Source of the DNA: the human T2T-CHM13v2.0 reference genome, Homo sapiens
Direction: 5' to 3' (one strand)
Assembly (NCBI RefSeq): GCF_009914755.1
Contig: NC_060942.1
DNA length: 64,000 nucleotides
How positions within the stretch are numbered: position 1 is the stretch's first letter; every line of letters starts with the position of its first letter. A program made the position numbers and the translations under genes. Below are positions 30,480 to 45,339 of this stretch, piece after piece. The notes beneath the pieces were generated by a model. It was not told where the DNA came from, ran no database searches, and saw only the letters and a program-made list of their open reading frames with translations.

Positions 30480-32771
30480 ACCTGTTTTTGAATGCCATAA
30501 AAGAGAGGAACAAATCTTAATAAAGAGAATAAATTTGACAAAATAATGGCCAGGGGAAACTAGAAACCTAACTGCTAGATGATCATGAAAGGTTGGGAAA
30601 TTTTATAAAAAGTGAAAATAAAATACATCAAAGTATATGATGTGGGGCCAACGAAAACTCAGGCAGGTGCAGAAATGTAGCGATAGGCCCTTGTGAATAT
30701 TAAAAAAGGCCACAAGCTAGCTCTTTTCAGCAACAATTTCCATTTGGTGTGTTTAATTCTATAAATTATTTATCTTTTTAATTAAAAAATGACTTTAGCT
30801 TGTGATTTCTTGACAGATCTATCATTGTTTATTCTGGGAAAGTACCTGGGTGTACATTTCACACAATATCAGTGAAATGAGGAAGGGCATGCATATTATT
30901 AAGGACAGTACAAAGAGAACACAGGAATAATGCTCATTTGCAAATTCAACTTTAAAATGTATTTTATACGTAATACCACTTTGGTATCATTTTTAATGTA
31001 ATTCTTAGGCCCATCCATCCAATTCTGTTATTGAAGACAGAACAGAATATTTATTGGTAGAATAAATTACTTCACAACTTATAATTATAAAAATAAAAGA
31101 AAAACAAATGAAAGTGAATGTTTTACATAATTTATGTAGATTTCATTCACTCTGAACTGTAATACTGTGGCCTGATTCTCCACTTTGGTTTTAAATGTCA
31201 TAAGTGAGAAAGATAGATTATTATTCATTAGTCCAAGAATTATCTTCTGGAAATGTTACAATGTTTAGGACTTAGACAGTGTCTGTCAGTATAAAAAAAG
31301 TATTTCGTGACCCTAACCCCAATAAACATCACTGTGCAAAGGACACCAAATTCTCTCTCTCAAATGCACTGAAAGGAGATAGCAAGGACTTTATAAGCTT
31401 CTTAGAGTGGACACCGTGACCTCGTTTGCATTCATTTTTACAATCAACCCATCTCTTTTAATGTCCAACACAAATGTGTGGCTCTTGGCTTTCATTTCCT
31501 TATTATCCAGTTCCTTTCTGTCTACTTCAATCTCATGTCTCCTCCTCTGTCCTGAAGCTGTTCATGCTGAGGTCATATATCACATTGAGTTGTATTTAAT
31601 CACATTTAATAGTCACCTGCTTCCCAGTCTTCAGTCATGGAGCACTCTTCTTCGTTAACTTTATGTATGTTGTAACAGGTGGATGTTGTGAAAATTAAAT
31701 GGGCTGATCTGTGTAAACATCTAACAAAGTGTATGACATTTAAGTGTTTAATAAACATTATCTCTACCAAAGTGCACTTCACTTTTTCTCATTATATTAA
31801 TATTAAATACCCCTAAATATGAAGGATGCTGTTATATTCACCTCTGTTTTCTTCCTGAGTAAATATTTATCGAATTAATTAGACAGCTCAGTCAAAACTG
31901 TGCAAATTTCTGTATGCAAAGGCTTATCTTTAGGATTTCCCATTTGTGGAACTAATTTGATATATTAATTTAATATATGACTGTGTCTAAATGCATCTGT
32001 ATTATAGTGAACATAATAATTCTTTTCATATCAGGAGTCTTACCATAAAAAATATATTGAGACATAGAAAAATTTTTAAAAAAGCAAAAGTTAAGTGTAA
32101 ATACATTTCTTCCAATTTCATTACTTTATGTTTTTTTTTCCCTGTTCTACTGGGATGCTTGTAAAGATCTTTGTCCAGATGAGCTGTCATCTCTAATTTA
32201 GCTCGGCTTTATTTTCTGAGTAGAAACCTTATTTTTTATTCAAATTCCTCCACCTAGAAAACCACTGGTTTACAATGAGCCATTTTTTTTTCACACCACT
32301 GAGATTATACAGCATATGATCATCTAAATAATTTTGCCAATTTGTTCCAAAATACTGTCTCTTGCACTAGTTGGTAAGTCACTAAGAGCTTTTATGAACG
32401 AATGAACCATTGAAAGTTTCCATGCCAGCTTGTCCTGTGTCCAAATGCAGAAGGACCTGATTTCATAGGCAACATAAGAATGTGCTTATTATTTTTATGA
32501 ATGTTATTAATATTTCTTGAATACTTACTAATGGAAGGCCCTGATCCAAGTACTTTGCCTTTACCTTTCATCCTCACGATACTACTAAAATTTTCCCTAC
32601 TTTACAGATGACAAAACTAAGTCAGAAAGAGTTCACAACAGGTAGTAAGCAGCAGAGCCAGACCACATAAGCTAGTAAATTCAGAGGCAAGATTCATTGT
32701 GGAAACATGTTTCTTTTATTCTATGATAAGTGCCTTTAAAGGAAAATGCTTATAATTAAATATGAATTACT

Positions 32772-33385
<614 letters not shown>

Positions 33386-33917
33386 TTAGAATTATTTTGG
33401 TCTATAAATTCTGTGTACATGGCAGCATACATTTGCTGAGGGGAGGAATTGAAGTGCCTGTGCCTTGGGAGACTCATTTACAATTATGGGGACTTGATCT
33501 GTCCTACAAAATACCTCATCTCCATGAGTTTCAAGCCAACATCCTTCTCCATATTGAGGGAAGTTTCCAGCCCCACCTCTCATTGGCTTGAATGGACCTA
33601 TTTATTATAAATAATAAATTATTTGACATTTTGAAGAGAAAAGTGTTCTTTCACTTCTGCCTCATGAAACAAGAAGCGTCTTGGGAAGACAAATATAGAA
33701 AAGAACAATCGATATGGATTCTCTTCACTTTCACCTAGCCCTAGCATCTATTGTATCTATCTATCTCCAAATAATATGGAAATTGATAGTGAGAAGGAGG
33801 GAGTAGGAACTGATCACTAAAAATACTGTAGAAAAAATTCTCTACTCTCCTCCCTGACATGACAACAATAGCCAGTGTGCTATCAGTGGAAAGTTAGAGA
33901 AGAAATGTGCACTGTAA

Positions 33918-34301
<384 letters not shown>

Positions 34302-34697
34302 TGCCTTTCAATTCTTAATACAGAAAACAGCCCTGATGCTTATAAAATTGTGGTAGCTACAGAAAAAAGAACACATATATATCTATCCTCTTAAAGTTTT
34401 CTTGGCTTTCTAGAAATAAGGAGTTAAATGCCACTTGTAAACTCAAATGAAAGTGACATTTAAGGGTTGCATATCAGCTAGAACAGTACCTACAACAAAA
34501 CACATGATAAATGTTACCTTCTCTTTCTTCCAAAATTCAATTATCTATCAAAAATTCAGTTAGTAATTGATATTATGTTTGGATACTAATTGATCAAAAA
34601 GTTAGTGTAATATTATTAGAAACATATAGCATGACATGTCAGTATTACAACATTAAATATAAACTAGAAATATTCTTTCATGTTTAAGAAGTGACTC

Positions 34698-35022
<325 letters not shown>

Positions 35023-36641
35023 TTAATATTAAGACATTATTTCCAAACTTTGCTTTTAAAGGATAACATTTTTGGAAGTTTGTGAAATTATATGATATAG
35101 AGCATGTTATTTTATTCTACAAATAGTACTTCAATTTAAAAAACTAAATTGTAATTTTTATGTCAATAATTATAACGTTTAGAATAGATTAAATAATAAT
35201 ACAAGTACAATTTATACTTTAACTTAAAAATTTACAAAACAAAACTTGGGACCAAACCCTGAATATGGAACCATTTTTATTATAATTTATAAACTTTTTA
35301 TTAATATATTTATTCAGCAACTATTTACTGAGTGTACACCATGTGCCTTCAACTCTTCCTGATACTGGTGATACAACATCAAAATGAATAAATATCTTTT
35401 TCCTTATTGGGGTTACATTCTGTATTTAATTTTAAAATCAGAATAAGAATCTCAAAAAATTAAATAACATTTTATAAATTGTGGAATATTTTTGAAAGAA
35501 TACTTGCTGAGTTAATTCATGAAAAACAAGCAGATGAGCATTTTGTCAGAAACTACACTGGCTGCAACCTTCATCAGGCACTAAGATCAGAAGTTCAAAA
35601 TCAAAATAAAAAAAAAAGATTTCATTTTCTGTTATTCCCAGAAAGGTCTAGAACTATATAAGTAAGTACTCATTTGCTCATTCAATCATTAATTCAGTAA
35701 ATATTAATTGAATGTCAGTTTGGAAGTTAAAAGATTAATCGGTGGCACATCATGTCTTCATGATAATTACTATTTAGAAGATAAATTCAGAGTATGGCAT
35801 AAATAAATTCATGGTCAGATGTAAGTACTCTATAGAAAAACATAGATTTTTTTCCAAATTCTAGTAAAAGAAGGGGAAAGATGTCAAAAATGGCCCTTAG
35901 ATTCTTGAAAATGCCTGAGAACTTTTCTATTAAACTCATCTATTTGTGAGGAACAAGGATAGGGACTACTCACTTTATAGATTAATATGTGTTAACAATT
36001 TATTGAATGCTACTTCTATTCCTATTATGGGGCAAAAAGCTTTATTTCATTTATTTTTCATCCCAGACATCTAGAGTAGTTCCTGACACATAAAAGCCAT
36101 TCAATAAGTGGTTGTTTTTAAATTACTCACATGATAGAATATTCACTTTTTTGGTAGAGTAAATATTTATTATAAGTATTAAAAGAGAGCTGTATATGTT
36201 CTTCCTTCTATAAAGGAGTAGTTAAATAAAAATGTAGGCAAGAAAAACAAAATACCGTACCTAGAAACTCTACAAAGAAAAATATACTGCTGCTTTGCTA
36301 ATAGAATTGACTCATCAAGTGCTATTTGCAACCTGCTTGTATTTATCACATAAGGTTTAATTTTACACAGCTAAAAGAACTGAGAAGTATTTCTTCTTTT
36401 CACTTTTTAAGAGCTAATAAAGTTTGCATTACAGGGATTAAGAAACCTGGCTGACCATTAGAATGACAAATTTTATCATAAAATTATGCAGATTCTGAAA
36501 TGCGCAATATCTTAAGCCTTTAAAACTACTGTAAGAAATCTCCTGTGTGTTTTTATTGGTTTCTCTGGGAAAGTTATCACAAGAGGGCTGTAATTAAATG
36601 GTGGTGTTTGGTATCACTGCCCGCGTTCTCTTGCGTAACAG

Positions 36642-36662
36642 TTTTAGGGGCTCCCTACATAG
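36642..36662 (+). other. Candidate alternative microexon (21 nt from CAG acceptor, or 15 nt from TAG acceptor starting 36648)
   Basis: ttctcttgcgtaacag|TTTTAG|GGGCTCCCTACATAG|gtaagt. Both lengths are multiples of 3 and stop-free in the DCC frame (VLGAPYI or GAPYI). Inclusion is inferred. Confidence 0.55.
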
Positions 36663-36877
36663 GTAAGTTAACTGGCTAGCGAAATGAGAAAAAAAAAATA
36701 GACAAATACAGTTATTTTTCATCTCTCCAAAAATTTTTGAAGTACTACCTGGGTTAACCTACCTAATTATCATTATAAACTATATAAACAAAACCACACT
36801 CTCTTTTTACTAGACAGGTGGTATTTTTCTTTCAAGATTTTGGCAGTAACTGTGACAATTTGTTTGATTCCTTTTAG

Positions 36878-36927
36878 TGCCAAGTGCCCCGCCTCAGAAC
36901 GTCTCCCTGGAAGTGGTCAATTCAAGA
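36878..36927 (+). CDS. DCC: DCC coding exon (50 nt; exon 12), start of FN-III repeat 3
   Basis: ttccttttag|TG acceptor, AGA|gtaagt donor. G+TG CCA AGT GCC CCG CCT CAG AAC GTC TCC CTG GAA GTG GTC AAT TCA AGA = VPSAPPQNVSLEVVNSR. The ORF track shows a different frame here. Confidence 0.96.
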
Positions 36928-38589
36928 GTAAGTTGGCTAAATGTTCACTACTCCATTACCTATCAAGATTACCTATCATGTATAACCTTCACTCACCCAA
37001 CTGCTGTCTTGAGTACAGGATAGTGGCTTCCATGTGCAGAAATGTTCTGGAACAACACAGCAAGTGACATTGATCCCACATCCTCTTCCATCAGACTTAA
37101 GTAAATTAAATGAAATATTTGTCTACTTCTAAACAAATATTTTGATTTACAAATATTAAACAAACATTGATTTTGTGAATGTTTTAGTGGCCAAAGGCTA
37201 TTCCATAAGGAAACAAAGACATCTGCTTCGTCTATATTCACCAGTCTATCATATAGCAATGATGATGTGCTAGATGAGGAAATTGAAATAATTAGGAGAA
37301 AGAAAGACTGTTTCCTAACACATTACTTAGAATTGAATATTTCGTCATCATCCCCATTCTTCCTTTATAAATGTAGTCATTGAAGGCCATTCTTGAACTT
37401 CAATACAGTTATATTTATGTAGCGATGTTACCTAGTTGTTAGAACTTTCCTGGCCTGGAATGTTGCTATGACTTCCAAAGGAGCTCAACTTAGGCTAGTA
37501 TTGCTGAAGTAGCCTAATGCCAGAGGTCAGTTTTCTAGAAACATGTCATTATTTCAAGTGACTCAGGGTTGGAAATAAGCCAAGGCCACCTAGTAGAGTA
37601 TAACAAATGAGGATTCACCTGGTTTGACCCTGTCACCACCTGGCCACTATGCTTGGACCTCCAGTTAGGTACTTCTCATGTGAGGAAATTGGCCTAAATG
37701 ATTTCTAAGCTCTGGGAGACAGCAGAGAAATGATACAGGTCTTAGAAAAAGTCATACTCTGGGTTTTAAATCTAGCTTTCTCTTTTCATAACTATTTGGT
37801 CTTAGCAAAGTTTTCAACCTTAGCAAACCTCTTTCTATGTTTAAGTATCCTAAGAATTACTATCTTCCTTATTGACTTATCATGAGAAAGTAATAGTAAA
37901 ATGTATGCGATGAATCTGACTTGATAGTGATTCCTTCATTCCATGTGCAAATGCCTTGTCATATTTTGTAAAAAATCTATGAGGAAGCCATATCTTGTGA
38001 TGTTAATTGGATTTGTCTCAGTCAAATGAATTTATCTTTTGAAGCAAGTGAATGCATTATTCTCTTATACTTTTAGGCAATATGTTGGATAAGAACTATT
38101 AAAGCAAACATAAAATTAGAAGAAAATAACTAAACTTAGTGGAAAAAATGAGCTAAAGGAAAATAATCAAAAATTAACATAACCCTACAAATGACATTTT
38201 TATCTGCAACAACACTGCTTTAGAGATGTGCCACTTAAATTAAGAGATTGCCAAGTCAAAGTCAAGTAGATTTTTACAATTATTGTATGTTGTTAATGAA
38301 TGAAATTTGGAAAACATATTGTAATGTCTCTTGTTTAACAATTCATCATTGTTAGAATCCTCACTCACTTTATGTTTTTCCTCCAGGACAGAATATAGAA
38401 ATTGATATACAAGCTATTTTGTGTTTGTGTGTTCATACCCTTTAAGAGTGTACTCCAGGAAAAGATGAATGTTTTCACTTGAAACGTGTATAGGGCATTA
38501 CTGAATGACCCTGGATGCTAACTGTATTTGAATATGGATGTACTTTACTGAAGACGGAATTCCTGGATTGCAAAATTGACTATATATAT

Positions 38590-38592
<3 letters not shown>

Positions 38593-38628
<36 letters not shown>

Positions 38629-38659
38629 GTATATACACACACACACACACACACACACA
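38593..38659. repeat. Interrupted (AC)n microsatellite
   Basis: Two AC runs separated by tatgtatat. Confidence 0.95.
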
Positions 38660-39167
38660 AATATCACAGCTTCTACTCTTCTCTAATTTGCTTGCTTGCA
38701 GCAAGCAAATACAAACACTTCTACTTCTATCCTCTTGTAGTTGATATCTGGAACATTGCACTGCTAGAAAGTTTAAATTGTTCATTCGCTTTTCAGAATG
38801 AAAATACTATGCCCAGGCACTGGAAAGTCACACTCCCTCTCTCCTTTTTCTCTCTCTGATCTTATTTCATAGCTTCTAAGAAATTATGAATTATAAATTT
38901 TTATATCAGACTGTTTTCAAGAGAAAAGAAACTGGATGATCAAAACACCACTTTTTGCATTCTCAGTGTATTGATTCAGACAAAGGCAAATGTAATATTC
39001 TATTTTGATATTTGTGTTTTCTTTGAAATAGATGAAAAGTTTTAAAATATATTAATATTTACCCCTGACTGTGACCATTTCAAGGGGCAAACTGTATTTA
39101 AAAAGAAACATTATAGTTGAATAAATAATGTGTTCTTTTTTAATACTAACAGAATTCCAGGGTGTTT

Positions 39168-39468
39168 TTATTTTTTTTATTCTTTAGAGACAAGGTCTTT
39201 CTTTGTTGCCCAGGTTGGAGTGCAGTGACACAACCATGACTTACTGCAATCTTGGACTCTTAGGCTCAAGTGATCCTCTTGACTCAGACTCTAGCATAGC
39301 TGGTACTACAGGCATGCAACCACCATGACTGACTAATTTATTTTTGTGTTTTTTGAAAGACAGGGTCTCATTATGTTCCCTAGGCTGGTATCAAAGTCCT
39401 GACCTCAAGCTATCCTCCCACCTTGGTCTCACAAAGTGCTGAGATTACAGGCATGAGTGACCATGCTC
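39168..39468 (-). mobile_element. AluJ-like
   Basis: gagacaaggtct, ggctcaagtgatcctc, gacagggtctcattatgtt. Confidence 0.9.
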
Positions 39469-40432
39469 AATTCATGAATTTTTTACGTAATTTATTTTAC
39501 TTGGGATTTTAAGATGGAAGAGAACACACTTTGAAAACGTATTCTATATCATATTTGTAAATATAGAGCACAATTGATTTTTTTATTGATAGTAAATGAA
39601 ATAACTTGGTGCAACTAACATTTTTGCAGAAAGATTATTAGGATCTCTGTACATAAAACTGAGGGGTTGTTATAAGACATATGATCACAATCTAGGTACT
39701 CGTTAAGGTTTTGGTCACCCGTAAGCCAGTTGGACCCAGAAATCATGTTCCATAATAATTAAGCAGAGAAGTCTTTACACATCTAGATAATGGAACTAAG
39801 AACAAAATTCTCTTACTGTATCATTCTTGAAAACCCAGTATGGTAGAATATTTTTACAAAGCTGTAATAGCAGAACAGATTAGATTCCTTTTCTACAAGC
39901 TAACTATGAACACAAGTTTTTTGTTGTACTAATGGCTTGACTTACACATGTTACATGTCAGGTGAAACTGGGTCATAGTGAGGTGGTTATTTCTCATACT
40001 AAAATTTTGTTACAAGAAATAGTATCTTTTCCAGAAAAAGATAATGGTTTATGAAATGGACTTTAAAATGTTACGTTTTATTAGGAAAACTTTTTATAAG
40101 AATAATTTCCTTAAGAATTTAATTTGAAATTCAATTATTATTCAATTATTATTGATTCAGTTATTATATATTTCAAATACATACTACAACTTAATTAGTT
40201 GGCTGGAACATAAAGGATACATTTACAGAATGCAGAGAGCTAATGTTGGGGCACAAATATTAATACTTCCCTATGTTTCAATCTAAAAGTTCTGATGAGT
40301 AATAATGTTTAGAGGATGATAGAATTCAAGTTGCTTGGGTCCTTTTATTAACTCTTTGAACCTGTGAAAAGTCACGTGTCTCAGTTTTATTTATTCAACA
40401 CTTACTCTGTACCTGTTTTAATGTCATACATA

Positions 40433-40629
40433 ATAAGGAATGTGATCTAGAATTTGCCTTCATGCAGCTCACAGTTGGGTAGGAAAACGTGAAAGAACAT
40501 TCACTGTTCCTCTAGCCACTTTAATCTGTTGAACCTTTCAAAGTTGACATTATTTTCTCATTTTAAAATGAGAGAGCTGGATAGAGAATCTCTAAAATCT
40601 CCTGTGGCTTCAAACATCTGTGCCTGTGT
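40433..40629 (+). repeat. Left arm of ~200-bp inverted repeat (partner 42657-42856)
   Basis: Reverse complement of 42657-42856 aligns colinearly; about 89% identity by hand. Confidence 0.92.
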
Positions 40630-42437
40630 TTCTAACCATTATACCTTTTCTCAACCATTTTACTGTTAAAGAATTAGCGAAAACACAAATCAATTTCAGT
40701 ATACCAGTCAACTCACTAGTTCAGATATATATTGACTGAGCACTACAGAGTGATTGCAAGGAATGAAGTATTAACTCCCCTTTCCCCCCAAAACCCCAGT
40801 ATATTATGAGGCATAGATCATTGTTCAGATTTAAATTTTTAAATGCAAATTGATGGATTCCTCTCATTATATCACCTCACACCTCTCTGCTGTTGAAATC
40901 CTTATTCTTGAACACCAGATGCATCTATGTGAATGTCTTTTTGTTGCATTCCTAAAAGCTGGTACTCAGTCACTCACAATCTGATATTGTACATGGTGCC
41001 TTCAAAGCAACCGAAGAAAAAGTTTCTAGTGCCTTCCTACGTCTTAAAGTGTCTCACTCTCCCTTGTTTCAGCACAACTTGGCATGCTTAAATAACTCAA
41101 GCCTGAGTTCAGCAATCATATGATTTCCTTTATGCAAAAACTATACAGTAGGAGAACAGCAAGTTTCTACTCTGCAAAGCAAACTGATCATTTTTAACAG
41201 ATATTTTAACATTCTTTGTGTGTGTTTGTGTGTAACAAGACAGAGGAAATCTAAGTGTATTATGGGATAACTGCAGAAGGACATGCTTTTGAGGATGTGG
41301 TGCAACTTGTTGGATTTTGATGGAAGTCTCTATACCCTGTCATTGGGCTGGTGTTGCTTCTCTTATTAGCCAAGTCCATAGCCAAGTGGGTGGCTGAGTG
41401 AGTCATTTGCATATGACTCCTAGTGGGAAGGGAGGAGATGGGGAAAAGCTGGAGGCAAGGAAAAAATGTGAGTTATGATATTAAATTGCAGATCCTCTGT
41501 GTCTGGGGTATGTGTATGTGTGTATTCAGTTTTGTTTTGTTTTTTTCTGAAATTGGGGTTATCTTCTCTTGGTTATTCAGAAGGGGTTTCAGTTCACACA
41601 CCTCCCTGCTGCGTGACAATCTCTCTGAAAACATACTTTTAGAAAAGGGGTCTGGACCCACTTCTCTGCTTTCACCATTCTTCTAGTCAACGTTCATTTC
41701 TCTCCTGTATGTTGTATGGAGTCATAGGCCTCAGGCAGCCCATGGAAAAACATGCTTCTTCATGTCTCCCTAAGTCCTTTATAAAATACACTTTGGCTGC
41801 TGAGTTCCTGGACCCAGAGCTCTGAGCCCTCTCCTCACAAATGTAGTAGGTTTAAAAAATGGATTTAGTGAAGAGAAAGAGGATATATATGAGACTGCAG
41901 ATGATTGTATTTATTTAAAGATAAACTAGAACCAGCATTTGCTTATTAATGAACAATTTAAATACAACAATGTTGACTCTCACAAGCTTAACAATGACAC
42001 TTGTCCTCAATCATAACACAGAGCATTTCTGCCTGAGCATAGTATTTGCCCTAGTTATCCATCCATTTAATTCAAGTAGGTGTAGATCTCTTATATTTAT
42101 TTTAGTTATTGATTCCTTCATCTATTCATTACATGGTGATTTTTAAGCATAGATAATGTCCAGGGGCCTATGATTGAAAGTTTTAGGAAGGGTGGGGAGT
42201 AGGAGCATAATTGTAAGGAAGGCAATATTTCCTGGGGGCTCTTACAGTCTAGTCTTTCTGTTTGGAATTTGTAGGAAAGACTAGACTGGATATAAATGAT
42301 TATATTACATAAGAATCAGATAATTTGTAAGAATCTGTGAGACTCCCTTAAGGATAAGATTGTGTTTGGTCTATAATTTGGGTAGAACTCATCTTCAGAT
42401 CTCTTCCATCCTGTCTTTTTACTTAATAGATCCTTTT

Positions 42438-42975
42438 TTATTGTGGTGAAACAACTTTATATAAAATTTACCATTTTTTAATTTAATTTAATTTTTTAAA
42501 TTAAATACAAATTTAAGCATTTGTAAATGTGCAGTTTAAATGTGGTAAGTACATTCACATTGTTGTACATCTATCACCAGCTTCCATCTCTAGAATATTT
42601 TCCATCTTCCCAAACTAAAACTTAGTATCTATTCACCAGTAAGTCCCCATTTCCCCACACAGTCATAGATGTTTGAAGCCACGAGATTTTAGACATTCTC
42701 TATCCAGCCGTCTCATTTTATCAATGAGAAAATAATGTCAACTTTGAAAGGCTGCAACAGATTAAGTGTGGCTAGATGAAAAGTGAACGTTCTTTCACAT
42801 GTTTTCTTACCCAACTGTGAGCTCCATGAAGGCAAATTCTGGATCACATTCCTTATGTGGGAATGTGAGAGAAAATGGGGAGTTATTGGTGAATAGATAC
42901 TAAGTTTTAGTTTGGGAAGATGAGTTCTACCCAATTACAGAATCCCTGGCAACGACTATTTTACTTTTTGTATCC
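42438..42975 (-). mobile_element. L1MB-like 3' fragment split by an inserted inverted-duplication block (42657-42922)
   Basis: ataaaatttaccatttt...agtacattcacattgttgt...ttccatcttcccaaac; resumes as ccctggcaacgactattttacttt after 42930. Confidence 0.7.
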
Positions 42976-43571
42976 CAACTTACTTTATAAATGAGCAAAG
43001 AAACCAATTCATAAAAAAATTAATTTCCCTTTTGCTTCATTTAATTGAGAAATAAAACAGTTTTCCATTTTTAGATCCCCTTTCTTATAGAGAAATGAAA
43101 AACTTAATGAATCAGTGGTCAAGAATACAGACAGATGCTTTAATTGGCTAGGAAGAGATGCCTCACTTCCCATTATTGTCAGTGCTTTCAGAATACTTCT
43201 GTTCCAAAATTCCACATTTATAAATTGTTTTTAGAAAATCTGCTGAAAAAGCCAACTGTCATATTTAATAAGAGGAAACCAGAAACATAAACATAGGATT
43301 GTTCCAAAGAAACTGTAAAAGACATAATTTTGTCTCATATTCCATCAGAATTTAGACCAGAGCTCCTGACCAGTTGCTAAATTGATTCTTAGACTTTTTT
43401 TGAAGTTCCAAAAACTCAACAGTTTACGTCTTTTTTCAGTGAAATTACAGTCAATGAATAAAGATCAACCATGAATTAGAGGAATAATAAAATAGTAAAT
43501 TATTGGATAACTAGTTTTTAAACAACATAAATGCATCATTCCAACTTAACTGCTTTCTGTAATTAAGTTGA

Positions 43572-44008
<437 letters not shown>

Positions 44009-45339
44009 TATGGTACTTTCCCAAGAAACAAGGTTGCTATGGCTTAAAAAATTGTGAGAAATATGTGAGGTTTCCTATTGGAGATATTAAAGGCTATGAG
44101 AAGTATTTGTTTAACTCAGCTTTTTTACCAATTGTTTTTTCTACAAAAACATTTTAGATGAAATACAGCCTTTAAAACTCTGTCAAAGTTACTTAATGTC
44201 ATTGTAACATTACAAATGAGAACAATGTACTCCATAAATTGAAGAACCTCATCTTCCTCCAAAAATACCTTCTTATCTCAATTAATTTAAAATAATAATA
44301 TATATTAAGTGAAAAAATAAATTTATGGAAAGCAGAAGTGAATCAAGGAATAGTTATAAAGGACATTTATGCATAACTAGAATAGGATATTGAGAACCTT
44401 CTGTGACATCTGTTAGAAGATTTGAATAAGTTAGAGACATGATTAAATCTCCATGTCAATATGAATTTTTATTAATGTAAATAGGACTTAGGAAAACATT
44501 TTCTAGACTTTTCTCATCTTTCATATTTCATATACATAAAATACATCATTTTTCTGTTGTGTTTTGAGAATGTTATATTTTTGTCTTTTCCAATTTATTG
44601 CAGTCACTGCCATTGAGTATACTTGCACAAAGGATTTTGACAAAAAGAGATTAAAATATATGATAGAATACCATTCTCTTTTGAGTTCTAGCCTCACTTT
44701 AATATTACCTTATAATTTATACTTCATCACACACATTTCTAATGGCTCCATTTCTGCTTGGCTCTGAAGGCAAAGCTCACTTTAGCCTTTCCATGAAGTT
44801 TAATGAGATTTCCCTCAAGTCATACATTTTTGAAAAGTGGGAGGTTTAATAATGGGCTTAAATTAAATGAACCTAGGTCTAGTGATAAGGTCTCTGATTT
44901 TAATTTAGTTCATGGAAGTTGCCCTTATAGTTGGAATGGTTGATTAGTTAGAAGACATGAATAAGTTCAGCCCTACCAGTAGGTAAAAGCAGTTGCTAAC
45001 TATGTGATTTGATTTTAAAGATGTTGAACCATTCACCCATGTGCAAAAACTTTATTCAGTAGTATAGTTTTGAATGTTATTTATATTATAAAACAACTTT
45101 TAAAATGCAAGCACTTTATTGAAAGATTTAACACATTAACACGAGCTATTGTAGTCAATATTCTAGACACACATTCAGTGAATACCTAATTATAACTGTA
45201 ATAATGGCAGTAACCTTTCCCAAAGGTATTTTGTGCCTGGCAATGTGCTAAGCAATGAAAGCAGAATTTCATTTATTGCTTTTAATAATCCTATAAGATA
45301 TTATAAAACTAATTCTGAAATACCAATTTTGAACTGTGC

